Part shown: piece after piece, positions 39,373-50,969 of the stretch
How the letters are laid out: each line of letters starts with the position of its first letter
How positions within the stretch are numbered: position 1 is the stretch's first letter
Position numbers and translations under genes: made by a program
Notes under the pieces: model-generated
The model's database searches: none
The model's input: only the letters and a program-made list of their open reading frames with translations
What the model was told of the DNA's origin: nothing
From: Octopus sinensis
Taxonomy: Eukaryota
DNA length: 64,000 nt
Reading direction: 5' to 3'
Assembly (NCBI RefSeq): GCF_006345805.1
Contig: NC_043000.1
Coordinates: 28,210,001-28,274,000, forward strand

Positions 39373-39790
39373 CATATATATATACATATATACATATATA
39401 TGCGAATATATCTATATCTATGTATGTATCGATATATGTAAGAATATATATACACATATATATACATATATATATATATACATATATATATATACATACA
39501 TATATACATATATATGTATATATATACATATATACATATATATGTATATATATACATATATATATATATACACACATATACATATATATGTATATATATA
39601 CATATATATATATATACACACATATATATATATACACACATATATATATACACACATATATATACATATATATATACACACACACATATATATATACACA
39701 CATATATATACATATATATATATACACACACATATATATATATACACACATATATATACATATATATATATACACACACATATATATATG
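39130..39790. repeat. Compound (TA)n/(TACA)n microsatellite containing a ~55-nt unit repeated three times
   Basis: ATATGCGAATATATCTATATCTATGTATGTATCGATAT..GTAAGAATA recurs at ~39190, ~39272 and ~39398. Confidence 0.9.
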
Positions 39791-39901
39791 GAGCAGCTAT
39801 AGCTGTCTTAGATAATTGTGATTTTAGTATGTCAATACCATACATCTAATGAGCTGACGTATCGGCTTTTGATATTCCAGGTTGAAGGAAACTACTGCAA
39901 C

Positions 39902-40125
39902 AGGCGGTGAGCTGGCAGAAACGTTAGCACGCCGGGCGAAATGCGTAGTCGTATTTCGTCTGCCGTCACGTTCTGAGTTCAAATTCCGCCGAGTTCCACT
40001 TTGCCTTTCATCCTTTCGGGATCGATAAATTAAGTACCAGTTACGCACCAGTAATCGACTTAACCCCTTTGTCTGTTCTTGCTTGTCCGTTCTATATTTG
40101 GCCCCTTGTGGGCAATGGAGAAATG
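39902..40125 (+). mobile_element. Nin-core SINE monomer
   Basis: Head GGCGGTGAGCTGGCAGAAACG, then core and tail. Confidence 0.85.
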
Positions 40126-40499
40126 GGAAACTGCAGCGAGAGCACTTTGAACACATCCTCCTAAATATTGCTTGTTACAGTTGAGTAGCTCGCAGAATGC
40201 AGTGTGGACGTGTAGGAAACTCGCTATTGTTTAACATTTTGTATTAAACTGGGGAAAATCCACAGAAACATATAAAATGCTCCAGACTTCATACAGATTC
40301 TCTTTTTCACTAAACGGTAGAGAAGAAGTGAGATAGGGTTGAGAGGTTTGGGAAGGAGAGGGGCGTCAGAACTTTAGAGCTCGATGAAAAAATTCTTAGT
40401 TTTGGGGATTAAACATTCGCGTGTGTATAACGACCACAAGCGTGCAGTTTCGAGTCGAGTTGGTACGACAAATGTACACAGAAGAATTCGCGAAGATCT

Positions 40500-40810
40500 A
40501 AAGGCATTTTATCTTTTCCCTTTTATATGTTTCAGCCTTTGGACTGCTGCCATTCTGGGGCACCGCCATGAAGGGTTTTACTCCAGAGAATCAACTCCAG
40601 TACTTTTATTTTTAAAGCTTGGTCCGTATGTATGCATGTATGTATATGCGACGGGCTTCTTTCAGTTTCCGTCTACGAAATCCACTCACAAGGCTTTGGT
40701 CGGCCCGAGCATATAGTAGAAGACATTCGCCCAAGGTGCCACGCAGTGGGACTGAACCCGGAACCATGTGGTTGGTAAGCAAACTACTTGACACAGAGCC
40801 ACTCCTACGC
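40500..40810 (-). mobile_element. tRNA-derived SINE, near full length
   Basis: Head ends GCCACTCCTACGC; CORE-like segment and 3' half present. Confidence 0.8.
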
Positions 40811-41011
40811 ATGAATAAGTGACAAAACTTATGTAACGCACCTTTATACATATATACAGACACAGTCACACATACACGCACACACACAAATGTGCATAAA
40901 TACATACATACACACACACACACACACATACACACAAATGTGCATAAATACATACATACACACACACACACACATACACGCACACACACAAATGTGCATA
41001 AATACATACAT

Positions 41012-41055
<44 letters not shown>

Positions 41056-41328
41056 TAGCTTTCTCTCTGTCACTTACAAAGCCTTTCTGGTTTGTTCACA
41101 AATATGATATGTAGTATTAGATAGTTAAAGTGTATATTCATTAAATTTGGCCGAAATTAATGAATGAATGTTTAACCCAATCGTATGCAGAAGGATCCGT
41201 GTAATCGTTTACTTGTGGGTTCGATTCTGGCTAGGGTTAGCTCATTACTTTTCAGTCCATTGTTTGTATTCAAAAATTGTCGCTTCAAGTCAGAAAATGT
41301 AATATTATTGTGAGATATCACTATACAG

Positions 41329-41379
<51 letters not shown>

Positions 41380-41383
<4 letters not shown>

Positions 41384-42656
41384 GCTGTCCGGAACGTTCA
41401 GATCATTTTGAAGCTAAATCTTTAACGCTTCATTGAACACACCTGAAATGTAACACAGTTAAAACTTTGACGCTGCTTGAAGTGGTAGTGCAGCTATCTC
41501 TTCTTTGTATATGATTACAAATAGATTTATATTTCTTTCTGATTACCCTTCATTGACATGTGAAATGGATAGCCACACATTTTGTATTCACATTGTAATG
41601 CTTTTCCTTTTTTAAAAAAGGAGAAAATGCTGCAAGGACTTGCGTAAACATTTGTGAAGTTTATGGTGATGACGCTGTAGGTGAACTAATTGTTGGAAGG
41701 TGGTTTGCAAAATTCAAGGCCGGAGAGTTTAGCTTGGAAGATGACAGTCGGAGTGGAAGATCTTCAAAATTGGATGAAGATGTTTTGAAGACAAAATCGA
41801 AGAAAACTCAAAGAGAACTTGTAGAGGAATTGGGATTTTCTAGAAGTACGGCTCATGAACGCCTAGTGAAGCTAGGATACATATCTCACTATAAAGAATG
41901 GGCCTCTCACAAACTCTCAGAAAAGAATTGCTTGGACCGGTATTCCGTTTGTGATATGCTTTTCAAACGGAATGAAAGCATACCTTTTTTTAAACAACTT
42001 GTGACTGGAGGTGAAAAATGGATTGTGTACGAAAACGCAGTGCGGAAAAGATCCTGGGGGTTCTCGTAAGGATCCCCAAAAACAGCTGCCAAAGACGAAT
42101 ATCCACGCCAAAAATGCTATGCTTTGTGTTTGGTGGGATCATAAAAGCATTATTTATTATGAGCCTCTCTCACAAAACCAGACCATTAATTCGGATCTGT
42201 ACTGTCATCAGCTGGCTAATTTGAAACAAACAAAAAAAATCAAAGAATTGAGGCCGGATATTGACAACAGGAAAGGGATAGTGTTGCAACAAGGCAATGC
42301 CCGACCACATACATCTTTGGCTACCCGAACATGAACTTGGCTGGGTTCTCTTACCCAATCTATCATATTCTTCTGATATTGCGCCGTCCGTCTGCCTCTT
42401 GTTTTTGTCTCTATAGAACTCATTGCAGGGAAAAAATTTAACGATTTAGATGGAGTCAAAATGCATGTAGATAACTTTTTTTCTTCAAAACTAGTCAAAT
42501 TTTACGCTGAATATTTAAATTGCCTGATATTTGGGCAAAGGTCATTAATAATAATGGAAATTATTTCATTGAATAAAACTTATTGAAAGGTCAATTAATT
42601 ATATCCCTTTTTGCATATTAAAAAACGCTCAGAACTTATATAGTAGGGCAACCTAA
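41380..42656 (+). mobile_element. Near full-length decayed mariner; transposase pseudogene ~41565-42576
   Basis: Imperfect TIRs TTAGGCTGTCCGGAACGTTC and GAACTT..GGGCAACCTAA with TA flanks. Motifs include RWFAKFKAG, LEDDSRSGR, WASHKL (WVPHEL), LVTGGEKW, MLCVWWD, QQGNARPH and SSDIAPS. Confidence 0.92.
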
Positions 42657-42985
42657 TATATATACACACACACACACTCATGAATATGTATATGAAAGTT
42701 TGTGTGGGTGTATGTGTGTGTCTGTTTATATACATGTATATCCACATGTATACGTGTGCGCGTGCGTCTGTATGTGTTTCCATATATGTACGTCTATCCG
42801 TATGTATATACTTCATAGTAGCTATTAGATATTCAAAGTAGTACATCATATATGCATGTGGTGAGTTTACATGCATGTGTGTGTTTGTGTTACACACACT
42901 CTTCCTTTCTCTTTCTCTCTCTCTCTCTCTCTTTTTCCAGCTGTCTGTCTGTCTGTCTCTCTCCCTCTCTCATTTCTCCCTCCTA

Positions 42986-43050
<65 letters not shown>

Positions 43051-43089
43051 CGAGAGAGAGAGAGAGAAAGAAGCACATATACACACGTA

Positions 43090-43390
43090 TTATCCTTTAC
43101 TTGTTTCAGTCATTTGATTGCAGCCATGCTGGAGCACCGCCTTGAATAATTTTTAGTCACACGAATCGACCCCAGTATATTTTGGTTTTGTAAACCCTGG
43201 CATTTGTTCTATTGGACTGTTTTGTCGAAGAACCAAGTTACGGGACGTAAACACACCAACACCGATTGTCAACGGTGGCTGTGCTTGAACAAGGGCTATA
43301 TGAGAAGACGCCCAAAATGCTTTGCAGTGGGACCGAACCCGGAGCCATGTGGCTGAGATGCAAGCTTCTTGCAACACAGTCGGCACTGTG
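43090..43390 (-). mobile_element. Degenerate tRNA-derived SINE
   Basis: 3' half CTTTACTTGTTTCAGTCATTTGA.. plus the head remnant GAACCCGGAGCCATGTGG. Confidence 0.7.
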
Positions 43391-43659
43391 CCTACATGCA
43401 TGTATAAGTGTTGTGGTATGATTTTGGTAGAGGACGCATGGCACGGGGACCGAGCATTCGTTGAATTTTAAAGTTGATAACATCATTTGTATAGTGTTGT
43501 TGGAATATTTTCCACACCTTACATATGATGTAACACTCACGTCGGCATTGGAGGGATACCGTTTGAACCTTCTCTAGCTGATCCTAATAATGAAGACCAA
43601 CCACATCGTCTTCGTGTGTGAAAGTGTGTGTGTGTGTGTTATGTGTACATGGGCGCGCT

Positions 43660-44810
43660 GGTGCGTGTGATTGATCTGTGGGCTGCTTCAATTTTGAGAT
43701 TTTGTTTCGTGTACGGTGACCACAAGCAACAAAGGACAGCTGTATTCAATGTGAGGACGGAGGAAGGTAGAGAAGAGAAAGATAATATAAGAAACGTCAT
43801 TAAATCAAGAAGTTCTGAGGATCCAAGAGCACGCCATGTGGGTCTTATGAGCGGGTCATGTGAGCACTCCAGCTTACGTTCTTGTCGACAACTACTCCCA
43901 GGTCTCTAACGGTGTTTGATATCACGAGGTTTTCATTCCTGGAAAGTGTGTATGGTAACTTAAGTGCAGCCTCTCCACCAAAGTGGATTAATTCAAGCTT
44001 ATTCTTCTTCAGTTGTTTGTATTATCTTTTGCGCATTAGATAACAGTGAGCAGATCCCATTCGAGATTAGTTCGGTCGCGAAATTTTTTCACACGAGAGT
44101 TCCGGACCCCATTAATGAACTCATTTGCATACAGCAAATCAGAGCTCATCTTGACCTTTTTGTCAAGTAAACAAACACACTCTGCCAAGTAAACTCAAGA
44201 TGAAGAACGACCGATCGCCAAGTTATGCCTGATTTTATAAGGAGACAAATTGTTAGATAGATTTGCATCTATACCTATTATCGGATTTTGTTAAGGCCTC
44301 ATATTGTAACGATGTGGATGGGAAAAATGTGGGTAGAGGGTGATTTGCTAGCAGCCCTCTCCCCTTACTGTTTTATAAAGTAAACAACAACACAAATAAC
44401 TACGCAGAGGCAGCCATGGTTGAAACAAGACGAAGAAGCATTATTAAAAGAGAAAAGAAGCATGGTCATTCCTTACCCAAGTGACCTTGTTTTATCGCCC
44501 ATCACTTGTTATGCGCTCATAAATTAGTTTGATAGTTGGGCTTTGATTGGCTGTATGCAAATGAGTTCACAACTGGGGTCCGGAACTCTCGTTGAAAAAG
44601 GTCCGGTCTCCTACTTTATCGATGACATTTAGAAGCTGAGAGTCACCGCGAAAATTCTAAGATTACTGTGTTTGATAACGTCAGTACTGTCCCTTATGCA
44701 AATAATGCAGCTGCGTGGGTCTAATACAGATCTTGTGGGACCCCAATGATGACTCTTGCTGGGCTTCATCGAACATTATCGATTACCACATGCTGGGTTC
44801 TGTACAACAG
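43660..44810 (-). mobile_element. CR1-like LINE RT fragment interrupted by a MITE
   Basis: GVPQ...NLRIF (44640-44760), then KNKLELIHFG...NTVRDLGVVVDKNVSWSAH...WILRT (43700-44020). Confidence 0.8.
44084..44599. mobile_element. MITE-like insert with ~65-bp imperfect terminal inverted repeats
   Basis: CGAGAGTTCCGGACCCC..GAACTCATTTGCATACAGC at left is mirrored by GCTGTATGCAAATGAGTTC..GGGGTCCGGAACTCTCG at right. Confidence 0.75.
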
Positions 44811-44891
44811 AAAAAAAATTCAATCCACTTTAATAGAAGATCTATAATATATGAGTACATTACTTGTGCTTGAGTGAGTATGAGTGTTGTG

Positions 44892-44924
<33 letters not shown>

Positions 44925-45298
44925 ATCGCTCAGTAGTATCCAGTATCTCCTCCTCCGACGACGACGACTAATTAGACTTCATTTATTGTTTTCCTTTCAA
45001 AGGGTCAGAACAAGTTAATTAGATCGTTTTATATTCATCGTCAACATGCTGTCCTTCTCCTGACGGACCCTAAAAATATCCCTTAATTGTCTGGCAACTA
45101 GAATCACCTCGAAATCAAATACATCAGTGACAAATATTAAACAGGGTCTCTAATATTTCCGCTATCAATCATTCAGTTCTCACTCATTCTCTCTCTCTCT
45201 CTCTCTGTCTGTCTATCTATCTATCTCACTCTCTCTCTCTCTCACACTCTCTGTATCTATCTATCTATATCTAGCTATCTAGCTAGTTATCTCGCTTT

Positions 45299-45332
<34 letters not shown>

Positions 45333-45429
45333 TATCACTCTCTACCTATCTATCGCTATCTCTCACTTTCTCTTATTAAATATATAATTGTATGTGCGTA
45401 TGTATGTATATGTGTATGTATGTATGTAC

Positions 45430-45469
<40 letters not shown>

Positions 45470-46184
45470 ATCCATATTTGCAGCAACCGTCCATGATATT
45501 GTAAATAATAGATCGATTTGAATGCAATTAGATGTTTGAACCCTAATTGTTTGTGAACGAAATTGCAGTTGGTGCCGGTGGTCAAGAAATCATCCATTAA
45601 AAAAACAATACCTCGCCACCCCAACACTTAACTGACAATTGGTAAAAGCGGAACGGTGTTCATCTCGAGAGGAAATGAAGTATTAGTTGTTTTTGCCAGA
45701 AGTTATGATTTCAAAAGCATGACCGCCTTTTAATTATTTTTCCAATCATATGACACGTCAATGTCTATGCCCAGCCTAATATAAACACGGTTGAACTCAT
45801 AAAGAAAGAAACAGTCCCACTCCACACACAAACGCACACACACGCACACACAAACAATCATAAGCTCACACTTTCACACAGAGATTCAAGTCAATAAATA
45901 ATAAGGAGTAAGAGGCTCTTCCATACTCGAGAGTCTATCACGTTGCTGTCTGCATATTTGTGGATGGTATTATTATAATATATATATATAGATATATATA
46001 TGTAAAGTATAATAGCCATCTCAATATGGCTAATCACTAAGGTGGGTGTTACTGTAGCTTTTAGCTCCGGAAATGCAGGTCTTGCAAACGCTTAAGTATT
46101 ATTGCTATATATATATATATATATTATATATATATATATATGTATGTATGTATGTATATATGTATATATATAAAGGCAATGAGT

Positions 46185-46385
46185 TGACAGCATTGTTAGC
46201 AGGTGGACGAAATGCTTAGCTTTATTTCGCAGTTGCTACGTTCGGAGTTCAAGTTCCGCCGAGGTCGTCCTAGCCTTTCATCCTTTCGGGGTCATAAATT
46301 CAGTACCAGTTGCGTATTGGAGTCCATGAAATCGACTAGCCACCTCTCCCAAGATTTCAGGGCCTTGTGTCTAGAGCAGAAAGTA
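46185..46385 (+). mobile_element. Degenerate Nin-core SINE (short tail)
   Basis: GCCGAGGTCGTCCTAGCCTTTCATCCTTTCGGGGTC core. Confidence 0.75.
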
Positions 46386-46560
46386 TGTTTTGTTTGGGTG
46401 TGTGTGTGTATGTACGTATGCATGTACGCATATGTATGTATATCTATGTATATATATAATATCTATATAATAAATATATATATATATAATATATAGAAAT
46501 ATATAGATATATATATATATATATATGTATAATATATAATATATATATAATATCTATATA

Positions 46561-46592
<32 letters not shown>

Positions 46593-46618
46593 AATATATA
46601 TCTATATAGTATGTATAT

Positions 46619-46718
46619 NNNNNNNNNNNNNNNNNNNNNNNNNNNNNNNNNNNNNNNNNNNNNNNNNNNNNNNNNNNNNNNNNNNNNNNNNNNNNNNNNN
46701 NNNNNNNNNNNNNNNNNN
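46619..46718. other. Assembly gap (100 N)
   Basis: Seen directly; preceded by a long TA-rich tract. Confidence 1.
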
Positions 46719-46967
46719 CGTGCGCCCGCATAGTGTGAAACTTTTATGGACACATGTGAATAGAAAATGTGTATCAATTGGAATTCTCGCCAAAAATTTA
46801 TAAATCCCTCAGTATTGTTCTGTAACAGGAACGCTTTATTGGAATGTTCATCAAACCGAGTGCAATTAGTTCTTTTACATGACCGACTTGTTAACAAAAT
46901 GGACTGGTCTTTTTGACGATATATTTACCTCTTACATGTTTTCACACACACACACACACACACACTT

Positions 46968-46998
<31 letters not shown>

Positions 46999-48242
46999 CA
47001 AAGTTTCCTAAACACACACAACACACACGCACATATACAAACACACACATATTTATATATCCACGTCTGTGAATGTACACATGTACAAACCCAAACAAGT
47101 TCTGAACTGTGTGAGGCCTTTCCTTAGTGACCAAAGAAAGCGAGCCGACTAAGACGTTTTAGTGAATTACACGCATTCTTAAAGTGTTTTATTCATTCAG
47201 AAACCTGTATAGAACCATCAATCAGTCCACGGATCGATGGAAACAACATTCACCATATCGATTCCAAAGGTATTATAAATATTCTACAGAAGAAATCCTG
47301 TTGGTTTCAGAGGTCGCGATGCAGTCGATTTACTTTTTAAGTGTATTCTGGGTGTAACGTCCCACATGTAATTTTAGGCGCAGCAGATAGCATTGTAACA
47401 CAGCTGCGGGCCTTGGTGAGTCCTATATTAGTGTCCCGAAAGGGAGCAGGAATTAATTTTCGTCTCCTCTGGCTTGTTAAAATTCCAGTATGATATCATT
47501 TTCTAAAAAAACAAAATAAGTCTCTCGTTGCGGTTTACTGTTCGATATTATTAACCTTTCACATAAGTAAAGTATTTGAGATTATGGTAAGATAACGAAA
47601 AATAGTTACCTTAATAGAAATCACCTTAATTGCTAATGTTCATATTGTTAGAGACAGAGACTGCACCAGCCAACACTTGCATTGAGCTTATATGTTAAGG
47701 GCTCTGAGAGAATGCGCCAATAGAGATGCCATTTAACGTGATGCCATTAGTGTTCAAGAGATTCGACAAATTCATACTTTTGGAAAATCTATCCAACACT
47801 GGATGTCGTGAAAAACCACGGCCGTGGATTAAATGTTTCCAGGCAAACAGAATCCAGATTTGCTGTAATCGGTAGAGTCTGATCAAGTCCGGCAAAAGTC
47901 ATTAGGGATGACACTAGGATTACTGTATGAGTCTAACTTCTCTTTATAATTTACATAAATTACACTGAAAATATCAGGAAATATCTTTGAATATGGTTAT
48001 GATATCCAGAGAGTTATCAAGCAAGTGTGCGACGAAACAGAGCTCAAATGGGATCTGTGCAAAGTAATTTAACCGGCGAAAGAAACCAACATGCTGCCAG
48101 ACATTGAAAAGAGGATATACTTAAACAGCCATACTCTGCTTCGGGGAACTTTACGTAGCGGGAAATATCATTACAGACTTAGGTGTAACTGTAGATAATT
48201 AAGCTGTAGAACACACATCAACAATAAAGCTGATATTATTTT

Positions 48243-48685
48243 CTACTCTAGGCACAAAGCCCGCAATTTTGGGGGAATGTGCCTGTTGATTAGATCAACC
48301 CCAGTACGCAACTGGTACTTAATATTTCGACCCCGAAAGGATGAAAGGCAAAGTCGAACACGGCGGAATTTGAACTCAGAACGTAGCGGCAGACGAAATA
48401 CTGCTAAGCATTTCGTCCGGCGTGCTAACGTTTCTGCCAGCTCGCCGCCTTAAATCAAGCATAATATTGTTAGCACGCCGGACGAAATGCGTAGCAGTAT
48501 TTCGTCTGCCGCTACGTTCTGAGCTCAAATTCCGCCGAGGTCGACTTTGCCTTTCATCCTTTCGGGGTCGATTAAATAAGTACCAGTTACGCACTGGGGT
48601 CGATAAAATGGACTTAATCCGTTTGTTTGTCCTTGTTTGCCCCCTCTATGTTTAGCCTATTGTGGGTAGTAACGAAATAAGTATC
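48243..48685. mobile_element. Closely juxtaposed head-to-head inverted pair of Nin-core SINEs
   Basis: Minus copy ~48243-48450 and plus copy ~48467-48685, separated by a very short spacer. Confidence 0.9.
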
Positions 48686-48723
48686 TCTTTATTCGCTCCT
48701 AGTCTTTTCGCTCGGCGGCCAGA

Positions 48724-49647
48724 GTGAGAATAAGGAGAGTGCCACCAGAAATAATCAAAGACTGGTTTGTGGCAGCCATCCTCTACAATGTAGAGGAGAG
48801 AGTGGAGATATTGAAGATATCCAAGACAGCGGAGATCAACTGGTGGTGGTTTGGCCTCGAAGAGATGGTACTTCTAAGCCTACCTGACATCCACAAAATG
48901 ACAGAGGAGAAAATACTGTCCGACGAGACCAGACTGAGAGTCATGGTAGAGGGGTGACCACCACTATGCTTCCAATGTGGAGTAAAGTGGCACATAAAGG
49001 TAAGTTGTTCCTAGAAACAGGAACAGGATGTGGTGGTGAAAGAGAGTTCGGAAAACGTAAATGAAATAGCGGAGAACGATGTAGAGTTGTCCGAGGACGA
49101 CAAGAGAGGAAATAGTGAGTCTCCGCCAAAAAAGAAAAGAAAATCAGAGAAAAAGGGAAAAAGAAAAGTTGAAGTAACGATAGAACAAATACAAGGACCG
49201 GAGCCGTCCACAAGTAAGGAGGGAGGACGTGAAGAATTGGTAGATCTGATAGCATAAACAGCAATAATGACAGAGAATGCTGAAAGGCCGGACCCGTCAA
49301 CAAGTAAGGTGGATGAAGGACGGAAGTCACTGGAAGAACTGATAGCAGAAACAGCAGTAATGACAGAGAATGTTGAAAGAAGGCCACGTAAAGAAAAACA
49401 CGAAGGTATATTGGTGAGATACGAGAAAAACGTAGACATTGAAAAACGGATAGCAAGAATGAAGTGAGTTATTAGAGTGAAACTAGGAGATAAAGCGGTG
49501 AATCGAAACCCGAAAGCAGTATTATTAGATGATGAAAAAGCAGCCAGACTGAAAGAGATATTCGGAAGTAGGATAGATAATACAGAATTGCGGGTTCGAT
49601 TCGACGAATTACCACCTTTGATAACTTTTGAAGACATGACGAGTTTT

Positions 49648-49650
<3 letters not shown>
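48724..49650 (+). pseudogene. ORF1/gag-like relic of a non-LTR retrotransposon with a CCHC zinc knuckle
   Basis: A single frame spans ORFs 48724, 49030, 49267 and 49477 with four in-frame stops and no frameshift. CFQCGVKWHIKVSC (CX2CX4HX4C) is at 48967-49008, followed by PPKKKRK and a ~93-bp internal duplication. Confidence 0.75.
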
Positions 49651-49695
<45 letters not shown>

Positions 49696-49954
49696 TATTC
49701 GAGACAAAACCACTATTTGCAAAACAAACAAGGAAAGACTTAATCAATACATAAAATTTTAATAAATAGTCAAAAACACCGCCACTACAATCGTCTTGTC
49801 TTGATCGACAATCTTCAGGTGACAATTTTTCTTATCTTATAAATCATATATATATATATATTTAAAGAGGAAGAATTTACGGATTTTTTTCTCTTACGAG
49901 GTTTTTCACGCTGACTACTGATAATTTCTTTTAAAGATTTTATCCTCAATTGTT

Positions 49955-50028
<74 letters not shown>

Positions 50029-50109
50029 TATTCGAGACAAAACCACTATTTGCAAAACAAACAAGGAAAGACTTAATACATAAAATTTTAATAAATAGTC
50101 AAAAAAACC

Positions 50110-50154
50110 GCCACTACAATCGTTTCTTGTCTTGATCGACAATCTTCAGGTGAC
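50110..50154 (-). ncRNA. Type I hammerhead ribozyme
   Basis: GUCAC CUGAAGA UUGUC GAUCAA GACAA GAA ACGAUUGU A | GUGGC. Confidence 0.85.
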
Positions 50155-50382
50155 AATTTTTCTTATCTTATAAATCATATATATATATATATTTAAAGAG
50201 GAAGAATTTACGGATTTTTTTCTCTTACGAGGTTTTTCACGCTGACTACTGATAATTTCTTTTAAAGATTTTATCCTCAATTGTTATATATATATATATA
50301 TATATATATAATAATAATATTAGGGAATAATCCAAATTTACAGGGAAAAAAAATCATAATTTGAAACTGACTTATTGGAAGT

Positions 50383-50425
50383 CCACCTGAAGATTGTCGA
50401 TCAAGACAAGAAACGATTGTAGTGG
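50383..50425 (+). ncRNA. Type I hammerhead ribozyme (inverted copy)
   Basis: CCAC CUGAAGA UUGUC GAUCAA GACAA GAA ACGAUUGU A | GUGG. Confidence 0.85.
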
Positions 50426-50886
50426 CGGTTTTTTTGACTATTTATTAAAATTTTATGTATTGATTAAGTCTTTCCTTGTTTGTTTTGCAAAATAGTGGTT
50501 TTGTCTCTAATAATATTTTATATATATATATATATAAGATACAAACTGAACAGTAAAATGCAACATTCTACTTTGGGGAGAGGGGTAGAAATCCATTTTC
50601 ATTATCATTAATTTTTCTTATCTTATAAATCATTCGTTTATCATTATATGTACCCCACGTTTGTGTTGTCTGTCCTCGTAGTGTCACCTCTATATTTAAG
50701 GCTTTATGACGATAATAAAAACGAGTCTTTTCGATCGGCTGTTGGAATGTCTACTAACTTATTGTAATAATTACTAATATATTGGAGGTAATACAATCCG
50801 GCAAAACAATAGAACTATTGGTTTTAAATTTTGGCACAAGGCCAGCAAGTTCGGGGTCTCAGTAAGTTGAATACATTGGCTTCCCC

Positions 50887-50969
50887 GCGGAGGTAAAGAA
50901 TATGCACACCATCCGTGTTCGGCGTAATCCTCACCCTAAACATCGGGTGTGCGTATTCTTTACCTTCGC
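50887..50969. repeat. 83-nt stem-loop with a 24-bp stem inserted in a decayed Nin-core SINE (~50815-51090)
   Basis: GCGGAGGTAAAGAATATGCACACC pairs with GGTGTGCGTATTCTTTACCTTCGC, including two G-U pairs. Confidence 0.85.

Larger units (their letters stand above)
49688..50520. repeat. Hammerhead-containing repeat cluster: two direct ~265-nt units plus an inverted partial unit
   Basis: Units at ~49688-49953 and ~50021-50285 are separated by (TA)n. The inverted part is at ~50383-50520. Confidence 0.9.

Noticed and set aside
45470-45627. FLMDDFL, an RT-like motif (DIRS-like) on the minus strand
   Set aside because: It is a single short motif without flanking RT motifs.
48005-48070. KQVCDETELKW, resembling the pogo/Tigger DETG motif
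   Set aside because: Too short, with no TIRs or other transposase motifs identified.
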